From positions 1-39,615 of the forward strand of contig DATMTQ010000125.1 in the NCBI GenBank assembly GCA_035564095.1: a DNA stretch of 39,615 bases, read 5' to 3'. This document shows positions 18,021 through 27,783 of the stretch, in pieces. The DNA comes from Microbacterium sp. Its GTDB lineage: Bacteria > Actinomycetota > Actinomycetes > Actinomycetales > Microbacteriaceae. Under the pieces are notes generated by a model, which was not told where the DNA came from, ran no database searches, and worked only from the letters and a program-made list of their open reading frames with translations. How positions within the stretch are numbered: the stretch's first letter is position 1; every line of letters begins with the position of its first letter. A program made the position numbers and the translations under genes.

Positions 18021-18129
18021 TCCAGCAGACTAACTTCCGCGGGCGCCGAAGCCCGGCCCCCGCGCGGTGAAGGACAGGCAGGGGTCCCGCGTCCGGCAGG
18101 CGCGCGCTCGTCGCTCCGGCCTCCGGCGC

Positions 18130-18837
18130 TCAGCCTTTGCGGTAGTAGCGGGTGGGTCTGCCGGAGCGGCCGTACTGCAGACGTACCGTCGCGGCGCCGA
18201 CCTGCACGAAGTGCTCGAGATACCGCCGAACGCTCACGCGGGAGATGCCGAGTCGGTCGGCGCACTCGGCCGCGGACAGCTCGGGCACGTCCGACAGCGC
18301 GGTGCGGACGAGGTCGGCCGTCTCGATGCTCAGCCCCTTCGGGAGCGGCCGCGGGGGAGGGGGCGCGGCATGACGGGCTTCGGAGGACGACACGGAACCA
18401 CTTCCGGCGGGATGGCCGAAGATCCGATCGGCGTCGTCCTGGGATGCCGAGGCGGATGACTGAACCGTGTCGTGCTGCGCCTGGAATGCCCGCATCGTGT
18501 CCGCCAGATCGGGGTACTCGAACGGCTTGATGAGGTACCGCGCGGCACCGCCCGCGAGCGCCGCCCGGACCGCGTCCATCTCCCGGGCGGCCGTGATGAC
18601 GATGACGCCCATCGTCACACCCTCGGCGCGCCACCGCCGGAGCAGGTCGAGCCCGTTGACGTCCGGCAGGTGGATGTCCAGGAGCACGAGGTCGGGCTGG
18701 AGCGATCGCGCCGTGTCGGCCGCCTGCTGCGCCGTGTGCACCACGGCGGCGACGGCGAAGCCCGCCGTCCTCGCCACGAACTGGGCGTGGATGCGCGCGA
18801 CGCGAGGGTCGTCGTCGACGACCATCACCTGTATCAC
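18130..18837 (-). CDS. CitB/DcuR-family response regulator
   Basis: VVDDD, LVLLDIHLPD, YLIKPF, C-terminal HTH ISRVSVRRYLEHF...YGRSGRP. Confidence 0.95.
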   Translation of the reverse strand: MIQVMVVDDDPRVARIHAQFVARTAGFAVAAVVHTAQQAADTARSLQPDLVLLDIHLPDVNGLDLLRRWRAEGVTMGVIVITAAREMDAVRAALAGGAARYLIKPFEYPDLADTMRAFQAQHDTVQSSASASQDDADRIFGHPAGSGSVSSSEARHAAPPPPRPLPKGLSIETADLVRTALSDVPELSAAECADRLGISRVSVRRYLEHFVQVGAATVRLQYGRSGRPTRYYRKG

Positions 18838-20405
18838 CTCGGCGACACCTCCAGGTAGGGCAGGGTGGCCACGAAGGTCGCCCCGTCGTGCGAGCGTACC
18901 GTGACGTCGCCGCCGCGCTTCGAGCAGACCAGGCGCACGAGAGCGAGGCCCACCCCGCGACCGGCCGGGCCCGACGGCTTGGTGGTGAAGCCGCGGGTGA
19001 AGATGCGCTGCTCGAGATCCTCCGGGACGCCCGGGCCCGGGTCGCTCACCGAGACGGTGACCGCACGACCGTCGTCGGTCAGCCGGACGACGATCGTGAT
19101 GCCGGGCTTGCCGGCCGTCGCGTCGATCGCATTGTCGATCAGGTTCCCGAGCACCGTGATGACGTCGGCGGCGAGCGCCGACTCCAGCGGCGCCAGCGAG
19201 GTGTCCTCCGAGAGGGTGAGCGAGATGGCGGACTCCCGCGCGAAGCTCGACTTGGCGATCAGCAGGGCGGCGACCATCGGGTCCTGCACGTGGCGGGCGA
19301 CTTCGCTGCTGACCTCCGTGCTCTGGCGCGACAGGTGGCCGATGAAGTGCCGGGCCTCGTCGTACTCCCCGAGCTGGATGAGACCGGTGATGGTGTGCAG
19401 ATGATTGAAGAACTCATGCGTCTGCGCGCGCATGGTCTGGGTGATGCTCTGGTTCATCGCCAGCTGGCTCTGCAGCTCGGCGAGCTCGGTCCGGTCCCGC
19501 AGCGTCGTCACCGTGCCGACGTGGTGACCGCGGCTCATGACGTTCCGACGGTTGAGCACCAGCAGTCGCGCCCGCGTGCTCACGATCGTCTCGCCTTCCG
19601 CGCCGGCCGCCGACAGTGCCTCGCGCATCGGTCGATCAAGCGGCAGCTCGTCGATCCGGGCTCCGACCGTGTCCGCCTCGAGGCCGAGCAGCTCCATCGC
19701 GCTCTTGTTGAGAAGGGTCACCCGGCTGTCCGTGCCGACCCCGATCACCCCCTCGCGGATGCTGAACAGGAGTGCTTCGCGGTGGTCCGCGAGCTCGGCG
19801 ATCTCGTGCGGTTCGAGTCCGCGCGTGCCGCGCCGGATCATGCGGGACAGCACCCACGAGCCCAGCACACCGAGCAGGGCGCCGACGCCGAGGAAGAAGA
19901 CGAGACCGGGCACCGCGGCGAGCAGCTCGGTGCCGAGCGGCGGGTACTCCTGTGCGACGACGATGAGCCCCAGCAGGGTGCCGTCGTCCTTCAGCACCGG
20001 CACGTTCGCCGCGATGTACTGCTGGTCGCCGCGGACGAGGTCGCCCGCCCAGGCCCGCCCCGAGAGCGCGGCGCGCGCGACGAGCCCGGAGCGATGCCGC
20101 ACGGTCGTCGGATCGGAGGACGCGATCACGCGCTGCTGCGGGTCGACGATCTCGACGATCGACGCGTTCGAGAGGTCGCGGGTCTTCTCCATGTCCGGCG
20201 CGAGGACGAGGGATGCCTGCGGCCCGCTGATCTGGCTGGTGACCAGCGGCGACGACGCGAAGCTCTGCGCGCTGGCCAGCATGCGCTGGCCCTGCACGTC
20301 GTGGAACTCCGAGCGCGACTGCGCGATCGACACGAAGGTGACGGCGAAGAGGACGGCGGTGATCACCGCCAGCTGCAGCAGGAACACCCGGCCGGAGAGC
20401 GACAT
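18834..20405 (-). CDS. CitA/DcuS-family sensor histidine kinase
   Basis: Two TM segments around a Cache-like domain, GLEPHEIA, PAS, RAQTHEFFNHLHTI, GNLIDNAIDA, GRGVGL. Start 20405 or up to 20471. Confidence 0.95.
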   Translation of the reverse strand: MSLSGRVFLLQLAVITAVLFAVTFVSIAQSRSEFHDVQGQRMLASAQSFASSPLVTSQISGPQASLVLAPDMEKTRDLSNASIVEIVDPQQRVIASSDPTTVRHRSGLVARAALSGRAWAGDLVRGDQQYIAANVPVLKDDGTLLGLIVVAQEYPPLGTELLAAVPGLVFFLGVGALLGVLGSWVLSRMIRRGTRGLEPHEIAELADHREALLFSIREGVIGVGTDSRVTLLNKSAMELLGLEADTVGARIDELPLDRPMREALSAAGAEGETIVSTRARLLVLNRRNVMSRGHHVGTVTTLRDRTELAELQSQLAMNQSITQTMRAQTHEFFNHLHTITGLIQLGEYDEARHFIGHLSRQSTEVSSEVARHVQDPMVAALLIAKSSFARESAISLTLSEDTSLAPLESALAADVITVLGNLIDNAIDATAGKPGITIVVRLTDDGRAVTVSVSDPGPGVPEDLEQRIFTRGFTTKPSGPAGRGVGLALVRLVCSKRGGDVTVRSHDGATFVATLPYLEVSPR

Positions 20406-20533
20406 GCGTCCGCGCCGCCTCGGCCGCGACCACAACGACCACAACTTTCTTTGGTTCGCTAACGGTGACATCTGCTTCTGCCCCCGTTCACAATGCGATG
20501 GTACCCACCGTCGACGAAGCAGAGGGAGGCCCG

Positions 20534-21517
20534 ATGACGATCCGTCGCCTTCGGCTGCTTGCTGCCCTCGTGTGCTTGTGCTCAGTGCTGAGCGGCTGCA
20601 GCCTGCTCGCCGGTGACCGCGGTCAAGTGCGCCAGATGACCGTGATGATCCCGAACGCCCAGGGCGGCGGGTACGACATCACGGCGCGCACGATGACCAA
20701 CATCATGGAGAACGCGGGCATCACGGGGCACATCGACGTCTTCAACGTCGTCGGCGATGACGAGACGGTGGCCATGGCCCGGCTGATGAAGGAGTCGGGC
20801 AACGACCAGCTCATGATGATGATGGGCCTCGGCATGGTCGGCGCCTGCTACAGCCGCCATTCGACCTACCGGCCGACCGACGCCACGCCGCTCGCGGAGC
20901 TCACCGAGCAGCCCGAGATCGTCGTCGTGCCCGCGGACTCGCCCTATCGGTCGATCGGTCAGCTCGTGAATGCGTGGAAGGCTCGCCCCGGCAGCGTGAC
21001 CGTCGGTGGCGGCTCGTCGACCGGCGGCCCGAACTACCTGTTCCCGATGCTGCTGGCCAAGGCCGTCGGCATCCCTCCCGCGCGTGTCCGATACCGCGCG
21101 TTCTCGGGCGACGGCGACATGCTGCCCGCGCTGCTCGCGCACACCGTCACGTTCGGCGCGTCCGGGATGGCGGAATACAGCGACCAGATCGCCGCCGGAC
21201 AGCTGCGGGTGCTCGCCACGTCGGCGTCGGCGACCTCGGCGGGCGGGGTTCCGAGCCTGAAGGCATCCGGGATCGACCTGGTCTTCGACAACTGGCACGG
21301 GGTGCTCGCGCCGCCCGGCATCTCCGCCGCGGCCCGGTCGCACCTCATCGAGATGCTCACCCGGCTGCGCGCCAGTCCGCAATGGCGGCAGGCCCTGGTG
21401 GCGAACGGCTGGACGGATGCCTTCAAGACGGGCAGCGCATTCGCCCGGTTCCTGACGGCGCAGGAACGGCTCGAGGCGCAGGTCATGCAGCAGCTGGACG
21501 GTGCGCACGCCGACTGA
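20534..21517 (+). CDS. tctC: TctC/Bug-family solute-binding lipoprotein (orphan)
   Basis: Lipobox VLSGC; IPNAQGGGYDITAR, VVVPADSPY, VGGGSS, NWHGVLAPPG; GGGAGG RBS. Confidence 0.88.
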   Translation: MTIRRLRLLAALVCLCSVLSGCSLLAGDRGQVRQMTVMIPNAQGGGYDITARTMTNIMENAGITGHIDVFNVVGDDETVAMARLMKESGNDQLMMMMGLGMVGACYSRHSTYRPTDATPLAELTEQPEIVVVPADSPYRSIGQLVNAWKARPGSVTVGGGSSTGGPNYLFPMLLAKAVGIPPARVRYRAFSGDGDMLPALLAHTVTFGASGMAEYSDQIAAGQLRVLATSASATSAGGVPSLKASGIDLVFDNWHGVLAPPGISAAARSHLIEMLTRLRASPQWRQALVANGWTDAFKTGSAFARFLTAQERLEAQVMQQLDGAHAD

Positions 21518-21624
21518 GCCCGTCGGCTTTTCGGGCGCTCGGCGCCGGGCGCAGCCATGCCTTGGGAGCGCTCGCACACAGACAGAACACGCACCTGACG
21601 GGGCGAACGGAAGACGAGGACAGG

Positions 21625-22404
21625 ATGACAGGGAACCGGAAGACGGCTCACGGCGACGAAGAGACGCCGGTCGTCGAGCTGCGCGGCGTCGGCAAGCACT
21701 TCGGCGACGTGCGGGCGCTGCGCGACATCGACCTTTCGGTGGCGCGTGGTGAGGTCGTCGTCATCCTCGGGCCGTCCGGGTCGGGCAAGTCGACACTGTG
21801 CCGCACCATCAACCGACTGGAGACGATCGACGAGGGCGAGATCCTCGTCGACGGCCGGCCCCAACCGGTCGAGGGCAGGGCGCTCTACCGGTTCCGCACC
21901 GAGGTGGGCATGGTGTTCCAGTCGTTCAACCTGTTCGCGCACCGCTCGATCATCGACAACGTGACCCTGGCGCCGCGGAAGATCCTCGGCATGGACAAGG
22001 CGGCTGCGCGGGCGCGGGCGCGGGAACTGCTCGACCTGGTGGGGATCGGTGCCAAGGCGGATGCCATGCCCGCCCAGCTCTCCGGGGGCCAGTCGCAGCG
22101 CGCCGCGATCGCGCGCGCCATCGCGATGAACCCGAAGGCACTGCTGTTCGACGAGCCCACGTCGGCCCTGGACCCGGAGGCGACCCGGGACGTCCTCGGC
22201 GTCATGCGCGACCTCGCCGACCGCGGAACCACGATGATCGTCGTCACCCACGAGATGTCGTTCGCCCGCTCGGTCGCCGACCGCATCGTCTTCATGGCGG
22301 ACGGCGCGATCCTCGAGGTCGCCGACCCCGAGACGTTCTTCACCGCGCCGAGCAGCGAGCGGGCCGCCGAGTTCCTGTCCTCCATGGGCTCTGTGCGGCG
22401 GTGA
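21625..22404 (+). CDS. Polar amino-acid ABC transporter ATP-binding subunit (GluA-like)
   Basis: GPSGSGKS, LCRTINRLE, LSGGQ, LLFDEPTSALDP, VTHEM. Confidence 0.95.
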   Translation: MTGNRKTAHGDEETPVVELRGVGKHFGDVRALRDIDLSVARGEVVVILGPSGSGKSTLCRTINRLETIDEGEILVDGRPQPVEGRALYRFRTEVGMVFQSFNLFAHRSIIDNVTLAPRKILGMDKAAARARARELLDLVGIGAKADAMPAQLSGGQSQRAAIARAIAMNPKALLFDEPTSALDPEATRDVLGVMRDLADRGTTMIVVTHEMSFARSVADRIVFMADGAILEVADPETFFTAPSSERAAEFLSSMGSVRR

Positions 22405-22475
22405 CGTCCCCCTGCGACGTGCCCCCGGCACGCCGACACGAATCCTGCAACCCAAGAAATGAAAGAGGTATCCGC

Positions 22476-23363
22476 ATGAGAAGATTTCCCGCGATCATCA
22501 CGGTCGCCCTGGCCGGTGCGCTCGCCGTCGGGCTGAGCGCCTGCAGCGGCGGAGCGTCGGGAGCTTCCGCTCCGAAGCCCACTCAGTCGTTCGCCGCCGG
22601 CACGCCGATGGCCGACATCCAGCAGCGCGGAAAGCTGATCGTGGGTGTGAAGGACGACTTCCCCCTGTTCGGCATGCGCAACCCCGTGACCGGCGACCTC
22701 GAGGGGATGGACATCCAGCTGGCAGACCGGCTCGCCCAGGACCTGACAGGCAGCGCAACCAACATCCAGTACGTGGTCGTCACCAGTGCCGACCGCGAGG
22801 CGTTCCTGCAGCAGCACAAGGTCGACGTCGTCATCGCGACGTACCCGCCCAACCCCGCGCGCCTGGCCGCCGTCGACTTTGCGGGGCCATACCTCATGAG
22901 CCCCGTCTCGGTGATGGTCCGCAAGGGCGACCACGCGATCGCCAAGCCCTCGGACATGAACGGCAGGAACATCTGCGTGACGGCGGGATCGGGCGCAGTG
23001 GAGATGGTGCCGCAGAACGCCCCCTCCGCGCACCTGCTGACCCTGGGCTCCATCACCGAGTGCATGCAGGCGCTGGAGCAGAACCGCGTGGACGGGGTCG
23101 CCAGCACCAACTCGATCCTGCTCGGGCTGATCAGCCAGAACCCCGGCAAGTTCGAGATCGCGCCCGGAAACCTCCTGAAGGACGGCAAGCCGGCATCCGA
23201 CAACGACTCGATCGGCCTGCCGAAGGGGGAGAAGGCGTTCCACGACTACCTCGACGGCTTCCTGAAGAAGACCGAGGCGGACGGCACGTGGAAGAAGATC
23301 TACGACGACACCGTCGGCAAGATCTCACACGACTCGCCGACCCCGCCGCCGATCCTGTACTGA
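22476..23363 (+). CDS. Polar amino-acid ABC substrate-binding lipoprotein (GluB-like)
   Basis: Lipobox LSAC; GVKDDFPLFG, SADREAFLQ, VDFAGPY; GAAAGAGG RBS. Confidence 0.92.
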   Translation: MRRFPAIITVALAGALAVGLSACSGGASGASAPKPTQSFAAGTPMADIQQRGKLIVGVKDDFPLFGMRNPVTGDLEGMDIQLADRLAQDLTGSATNIQYVVVTSADREAFLQQHKVDVVIATYPPNPARLAAVDFAGPYLMSPVSVMVRKGDHAIAKPSDMNGRNICVTAGSGAVEMVPQNAPSAHLLTLGSITECMQALEQNRVDGVASTNSILLGLISQNPGKFEIAPGNLLKDGKPASDNDSIGLPKGEKAFHDYLDGFLKKTEADGTWKKIYDDTVGKISHDSPTPPPILY

Positions 23364-23382
23364 ACGGCCGGAGGACTCGGAC

Positions 23383-24027
23383 GTGTCGTTCCTCATGCCG
23401 CATCTCGCCGAGTTCGGCCAGGGCATCCTGCGCACCCTCGCACTCATCGTGCTGGGGTGGGCGGGTGCCCTGGTGCTCGGCACGCTCCTCGCGGCCCTGC
23501 GCGTCTGCCCGCTGCGCAGCGCCCGGGCGTCGGCGGCGGCGTACGTGCTCGTCTTCCGCAACGTCCCGCTGCCGGTGCAGATGGTGCTGTTCGTCTTCGG
23601 GCTCCCTCTCGTCGGCATCCAGCTGCCACTGTTCGCGTCGGCGGCCGTGGTGCTGGTGATCTATACGGCTCCGTTCGTCGCGGAGACGCTCCGGGCCGGC
23701 ATGAACACCGTCAGCGTCGGCGAGCTGGAGGCCAGCCGCGCGCTCGGGTTCTCGGGCGCGGGAGCGCTCGTGAACGTCGTCTTCCCGCAGGCGTTCGCCT
23801 CGATGGTGCTGCCCATGGGGAACGTGCTGATCACGATGGTCAAGAACACGTCCGTGGCGGCGATCGTGGGCGTCGCCGAACTGACGTTCGTCGCAGACAA
23901 GGTGGCGATCGCCGAGGTGCAGCCGTTCATCGTGCTCGGCGGCGCGGCGGTGGCGTACATCGTCATCGGCCTGCTGCTGCGGCGGATGATCACCTCACTC
24001 GAAAGAAAGGCGGCATTCGCCCGATGA
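23383..24027 (+). CDS. Amino-acid ABC permease (GluC-like)
   Basis: FRNVP, AETLRAG, EASRALG, KNTSVA. Confidence 0.93.
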   Translation: MSFLMPHLAEFGQGILRTLALIVLGWAGALVLGTLLAALRVCPLRSARASAAAYVLVFRNVPLPVQMVLFVFGLPLVGIQLPLFASAAVVLVIYTAPFVAETLRAGMNTVSVGELEASRALGFSGAGALVNVVFPQAFASMVLPMGNVLITMVKNTSVAAIVGVAELTFVADKVAIAEVQPFIVLGGAAVAYIVIGLLLRRMITSLERKAAFAR

Positions 24028-24872
24028 TCACTGCTCTGTTCGATCCGCCCGGCCCGAAGGCACGCGGGCGGCACCGCCTCCTCGAGGTCGGCGCGATCCT
24101 CCTGCTGGTCGCCGTGGCCGCCACCGTGATCGCGATGCTCGCGTCGCACGAATTCTTCACCCCGGGGGCGTGGACGCCGTTCGCGCAGTGGGGTCTCTGG
24201 CGCCTCGTCGGTCTCGGACTGCTGAACAACGTCACGGCGGCGGTCGTGGCGATGGTGCTGTCGATGATGGCGGGCGTGCTGCTCTCGTTCGGGCTCACGA
24301 GCTCGGCGCCGGCGGTCCAGGGCGTCTCACGGGCGGTGACCGCGATGCTCGGCAGCATCCCGGTCCTGCTGCTGCTGTTCTTCGCGTCACTGATGCTGCC
24401 TGCCTGGGGGCTGCAGCTGCCCGACTTCTGGTTCCTGGTGATCGCCCTGACGCTGTACAGCGGAGCGGTCATCGGCGACCTGCTGGCGGCCGGGGTCCGG
24501 GCCCTGCCGCGTGGGCAGTCGGAGGCCGCGGCGGCGCTGGGGTTCTCGCCGACACGGACCCTCGTGACCATCCTCCTTCCGCAAGCCGTGCGCAACATCG
24601 CGCCCGCCCTCGTCAGCCAGCTCGTGATCGTCTTCAAGGGGACCGCCCTGGCGTACGTGCTGGGCGGGTACATCGAGCTCCTGCACACGGCGACCGTGAT
24701 CGGCTCGTACTACAGCCAGTCGTCGCTGCAGGCGCTCGTGGTGGCCGCGGTGCTGTTCATGCTCGTCAACATCGGGCTGTCGGCGCTCTCGCGGGCGGTC
24801 GAGCGCCATGAGCGTCATCGCTTCGGTCTGCGCGGCGCATCGCTGGTCGAGCAGATCGTCGCGGCGGGCTGA
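24024..24872 (+). CDS. Amino-acid ABC permease (GluD-like)
   Basis: ATGA overlap; ALFDPPGPKAR start, LPRGQSEAAAALG, ILLPQAVR. Confidence 0.93.
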   Translation: MITALFDPPGPKARGRHRLLEVGAILLLVAVAATVIAMLASHEFFTPGAWTPFAQWGLWRLVGLGLLNNVTAAVVAMVLSMMAGVLLSFGLTSSAPAVQGVSRAVTAMLGSIPVLLLLFFASLMLPAWGLQLPDFWFLVIALTLYSGAVIGDLLAAGVRALPRGQSEAAAALGFSPTRTLVTILLPQAVRNIAPALVSQLVIVFKGTALAYVLGGYIELLHTATVIGSYYSQSSLQALVVAAVLFMLVNIGLSALSRAVERHERHRFGLRGASLVEQIVAAG

Positions 24873-24944
24873 GCGGAATGTGCCGGATTGCAGCCCACGA
24901 TCTTCGTGAGAGGCACCGAGGCCGAGTGCCGCACAGCGTCTAGC

Positions 24945-25559
24945 ATGACCGCCATGGGTGCCATCGGATTCGTTACGATCGAGGTCGTCGATGCGGCGGC
25001 CGCCGAGGACTTCTACCGCGCGGCGTTCGGGCTGGACGACCGCGTGCGGGTGCGCGAGTCGGGAGAGCCGTCGACGGGATTCCGCGGGTTCACGATGTCG
25101 CTCGTCGTGGCGCAGCCGGCCACGGTGGACGGCTTCATCGAGGCGGCCGTCGGCGCAGGCGCGACGGTGCTCAAGCCCGCCGCGAAGTCGCTGTGGGGCT
25201 ACGGCGGCGGGGTTCAGGCGCCGGACGGCACCATCTGGACGATCGCCTCCTCGTCGAAGAAGGACGCGGGCCCGGTGACGCGTGACGTCGACGCGGTCGT
25301 GCTGCAGCTGGGCGTCGCGGACGTCGCCGCGAGCCGGCGGTTCTACGCGGACCGGGGCCTGACCGTCGCGAAGAGCTACGGCAGCCGGTACGTCGAGTTC
25401 GACACCGGGACGATCAAGGTGACGCTCAACAAGCGCGCAGCGCTGGCGAAGACCGCAGGTGTCGCGCCGGACGGCACCGGGTCGCACCGCATCCTGATCG
25501 GCGGGGATGCCGGCGCTTTCACCGACCCGGACGGCTTCGTCTGGCAAGCAGCGGGCTGA
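24945..25559 (+). CDS. Glyoxalase/VOC family protein
   Basis: LKPAAKSLWGYGG..APDGTIW, LGVADVAASRRFY, FTDPDGFVW. Confidence 0.9.
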   Translation: MTAMGAIGFVTIEVVDAAAAEDFYRAAFGLDDRVRVRESGEPSTGFRGFTMSLVVAQPATVDGFIEAAVGAGATVLKPAAKSLWGYGGGVQAPDGTIWTIASSSKKDAGPVTRDVDAVVLQLGVADVAASRRFYADRGLTVAKSYGSRYVEFDTGTIKVTLNKRAALAKTAGVAPDGTGSHRILIGGDAGAFTDPDGFVWQAAG

Positions 25560-25571
25560 GCCCGCACGCCG

Positions 25572-26111
25572 TCATCCCAGAACGAGGGATGCCACCTCCG
25601 CGGGCAGCGCGACCGCCCGCCCGTCGTCCTCCGTCCGCTCGAGCAGGTCGAACCGGGCCACGTCCGCGGTGTCTTCGAGTGCCACAGCGAGGGCGGCGCC
25701 GTCGGCCAGGCCAGCGTGCAGCCGAGGCGCCGTGGCGCCCTCGGCCCGCGCGCTCATCAGGTTCACCGCGTGGCAGGTCGCGCTGAGCGACACCAGCACC
25801 ACATCCTGGTCGCCGCGGAACCACAGCGCGTCGCCGTCGTGCAGCTCGTGGACCTTCTCATCGACCGACAGGGTCGCGTCCGCGCCGACCAGCAGGAACG
25901 TGCGGTCCACGCCCGGCAGCGGCGAGAACGGGCCGGGCCGCTCGAGCGTGGCGATGCTCAGACGCCAGTGCGGCGTTCCGGCGGGACTGAGTCGGGCCGA
26001 GCGCTCGTAGCCCACGAGCTCGCGGGTCGTGCCGGCGCCGTTGGCCCAGGGGGCGGGCGGCACGTCGTCGATCGCACGCAGGATCCGCCAGCCGGCATCC
26101 GCAGAAGTCAT
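25572..26111 (-). CDS. HutD/Ves family protein
   Basis: PWANGAGTTRE, WRLSIA, GPFSPLPGVDR. Confidence 0.9.
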   Translation of the reverse strand: MTSADAGWRILRAIDDVPPAPWANGAGTTRELVGYERSARLSPAGTPHWRLSIATLERPGPFSPLPGVDRTFLLVGADATLSVDEKVHELHDGDALWFRGDQDVVLVSLSATCHAVNLMSARAEGATAPRLHAGLADGAALAVALEDTADVARFDLLERTEDDGRAVALPAEVASLVLG

Positions 26112-26282
26112 GTCCTGAGCGTATGCCGCATCCGGCACGCATCGGCATCCGACATCGCGGGAGCGCCTGGAGGGGCCGCCCCCTGTTGCCGGCCCGCGCC
26201 GGTGCCTAGGCTCGGCACGAGGCATCCACCCCGGGAACGGCTCTCGCACCACCGCGGCGAGCCCCGCACGAAGGAGGCTCCC

Positions 26283-26849
26283 GTGCAGACCTTGACGATC
26301 GATTTCATCATCTCGCTCGACGGATACGGCGCCGCGGAGGGCTGGCCGGGATTCTGGGGCATCGAGGCCCCGGAGTACATCGGCTGGCTGGGCCAGTCGT
26401 CGGAGAAGGACAGTCCCTTGCTCATGGGCGCGACCACGTATCGTCTCATGTCGGCGCTCACGGCCGGCGGCGAACCGGGCACCGGCATGCTCGACGGCGT
26501 GCAGAAGTACGTGTTCTCGTCGACGCTGCAGCGGCCCCTGACCTGGGCCAACTCGACGCTCGTCGACTCGGACGCGATCGAGTTCGTGCGGACGCTGAAG
26601 GACGAGTCCGACCGGCCGCTGCGCACGCTCGGCAGCGTCGCACTGTGCCGATCGCTGCTGAACGCGGGACTGGTCGACCGCTACCGGGTGGGGATCTTCC
26701 CGGTGATCACGGGGGCGACCGGACGGGATCGCATCTTCGACGGCTATCCCGACGTGCGGCTGGAGCTCGTCGAGGCCCGCACGTTCGACGGCCGCATCCA
26801 GCTGCTGGAGTACGTGCCGACCGTGCTGGATGCCGCGCCCGGAGCGTGA
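26283..26849 (+). CDS. Dihydrofolate reductase-like (RibD C-terminal domain) protein
   Basis: ISLDGY, LMGATTY, KYVFSSTL, GLVDRYRVGIFPVITG; AAGGAGG RBS. Confidence 0.92.
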   Translation: MQTLTIDFIISLDGYGAAEGWPGFWGIEAPEYIGWLGQSSEKDSPLLMGATTYRLMSALTAGGEPGTGMLDGVQKYVFSSTLQRPLTWANSTLVDSDAIEFVRTLKDESDRPLRTLGSVALCRSLLNAGLVDRYRVGIFPVITGATGRDRIFDGYPDVRLELVEARTFDGRIQLLEYVPTVLDAAPGA

Positions 26850-26852
26850 CGC

Positions 26853-27689
26853 TCAGCACACCGCATCGGCGAGAGCGTCCGCGTTCGCGCGCAGCCACTC
26901 CTGCCGGCGGCGGATGGCGTCACCGACGCCCTCATCCCACATGCGCTGCCAGCCGCCGCCGTCGTGCTCGGCCCGGAACCGCATCAGATGCCAGGATCGC
27001 TCGGCAGCGTTGCGAGCCGTGGGCACGAGCAGAGCCCGCGAGCCCGGGTCGAGGCCGTAGGCGTCCACCATCGCCGCCGCCCGCGCCGGGGGATCGACGT
27101 GTGCGAGCGGGGCGGGGCGATCCTGCACCGGCATCCAGGGCGCCCACCACTGCAGCATGTTGCACACGTCCTCGACGCGGGACGATGCCCGAGCCAGGTC
27201 GAAATCGATCAGTGCGACCGCCTGCCCGTCACGGAACACGACATTCTCGAGCGTCACGTCGCGATGCCCGATGAGGTCGCGGTCGAGTTGCAGGGCCGGC
27301 GGGAGGTCGGCCGGCTCGGGAAGCCGGGATGCCTCGAACACCTCGGGCACGCCGAGCGCGGCGACGGCGTCGTGGTAGGCGCGCAGCAGCCGCGCCACGC
27401 TGATCGCCCGGTCGTCGTCGGCGACCCAGGCGGGAGCCGGGCGCCCGGCGACGTCCCCGACGATGAAGCTCAGCACGTCCCGGTCGCGGTCGTCGACGCC
27501 GAGGAAGCGGGGCGCGCCCGCGAAGCCGACGTGTTCGAGGTGCGTGAGCACCGTGCGCACGGCTTCGGACGACCGGCTCCTCGGGCGCCGGACCGTATCG
27601 TCGATGCGCACGATGCTCTCGGTGACGTCCCCGCCGAGAAGGGGCACCTCCGTGCCGTCCGACGTCCAGGTCACGATGCGATCATCCAC
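26853..27689 (-). CDS. APH-family phosphotransferase of unknown substrate
   Basis: LGGD..VRIDDTVRRP, GAPRFLG, HRDVTLENVVF, LIDFDLA. Confidence 0.88.
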   Translation of the reverse strand: MDDRIVTWTSDGTEVPLLGGDVTESIVRIDDTVRRPRSRSSEAVRTVLTHLEHVGFAGAPRFLGVDDRDRDVLSFIVGDVAGRPAPAWVADDDRAISVARLLRAYHDAVAALGVPEVFEASRLPEPADLPPALQLDRDLIGHRDVTLENVVFRDGQAVALIDFDLARASSRVEDVCNMLQWWAPWMPVQDRPAPLAHVDPPARAAAMVDAYGLDPGSRALLVPTARNAAERSWHLMRFRAEHDGGGWQRMWDEGVGDAIRRRQEWLRANADALADAVC

Positions 27690-27739
27690 CCCGGGATGCT
27701 ACGCCGGCGCGTCGGCGCAGGGGGGCGATGACGGCACGA

Positions 27740-27772
27740 GGAAGGGGGCCCGGCGGTGCCGGATCCCCTTCC
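27740..27772 (-). terminator. Hairpin just downstream of the second S53 gene
   Basis: Minus strand GGAAGGGGATCCGGC-ACC-GCCGGGCCCCCTTCC. Confidence 0.6.
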
Positions 27773-27783
27773 CGTCGATCGTG

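Noticed and set aside
15013-27689. The two APH-family kinases (15013-16047, 26853-27689) as aminoglycoside resistance genes
   Set aside because: The first is ACAD10/11-type by motif and context; the second shows only generic APH-fold motifs.
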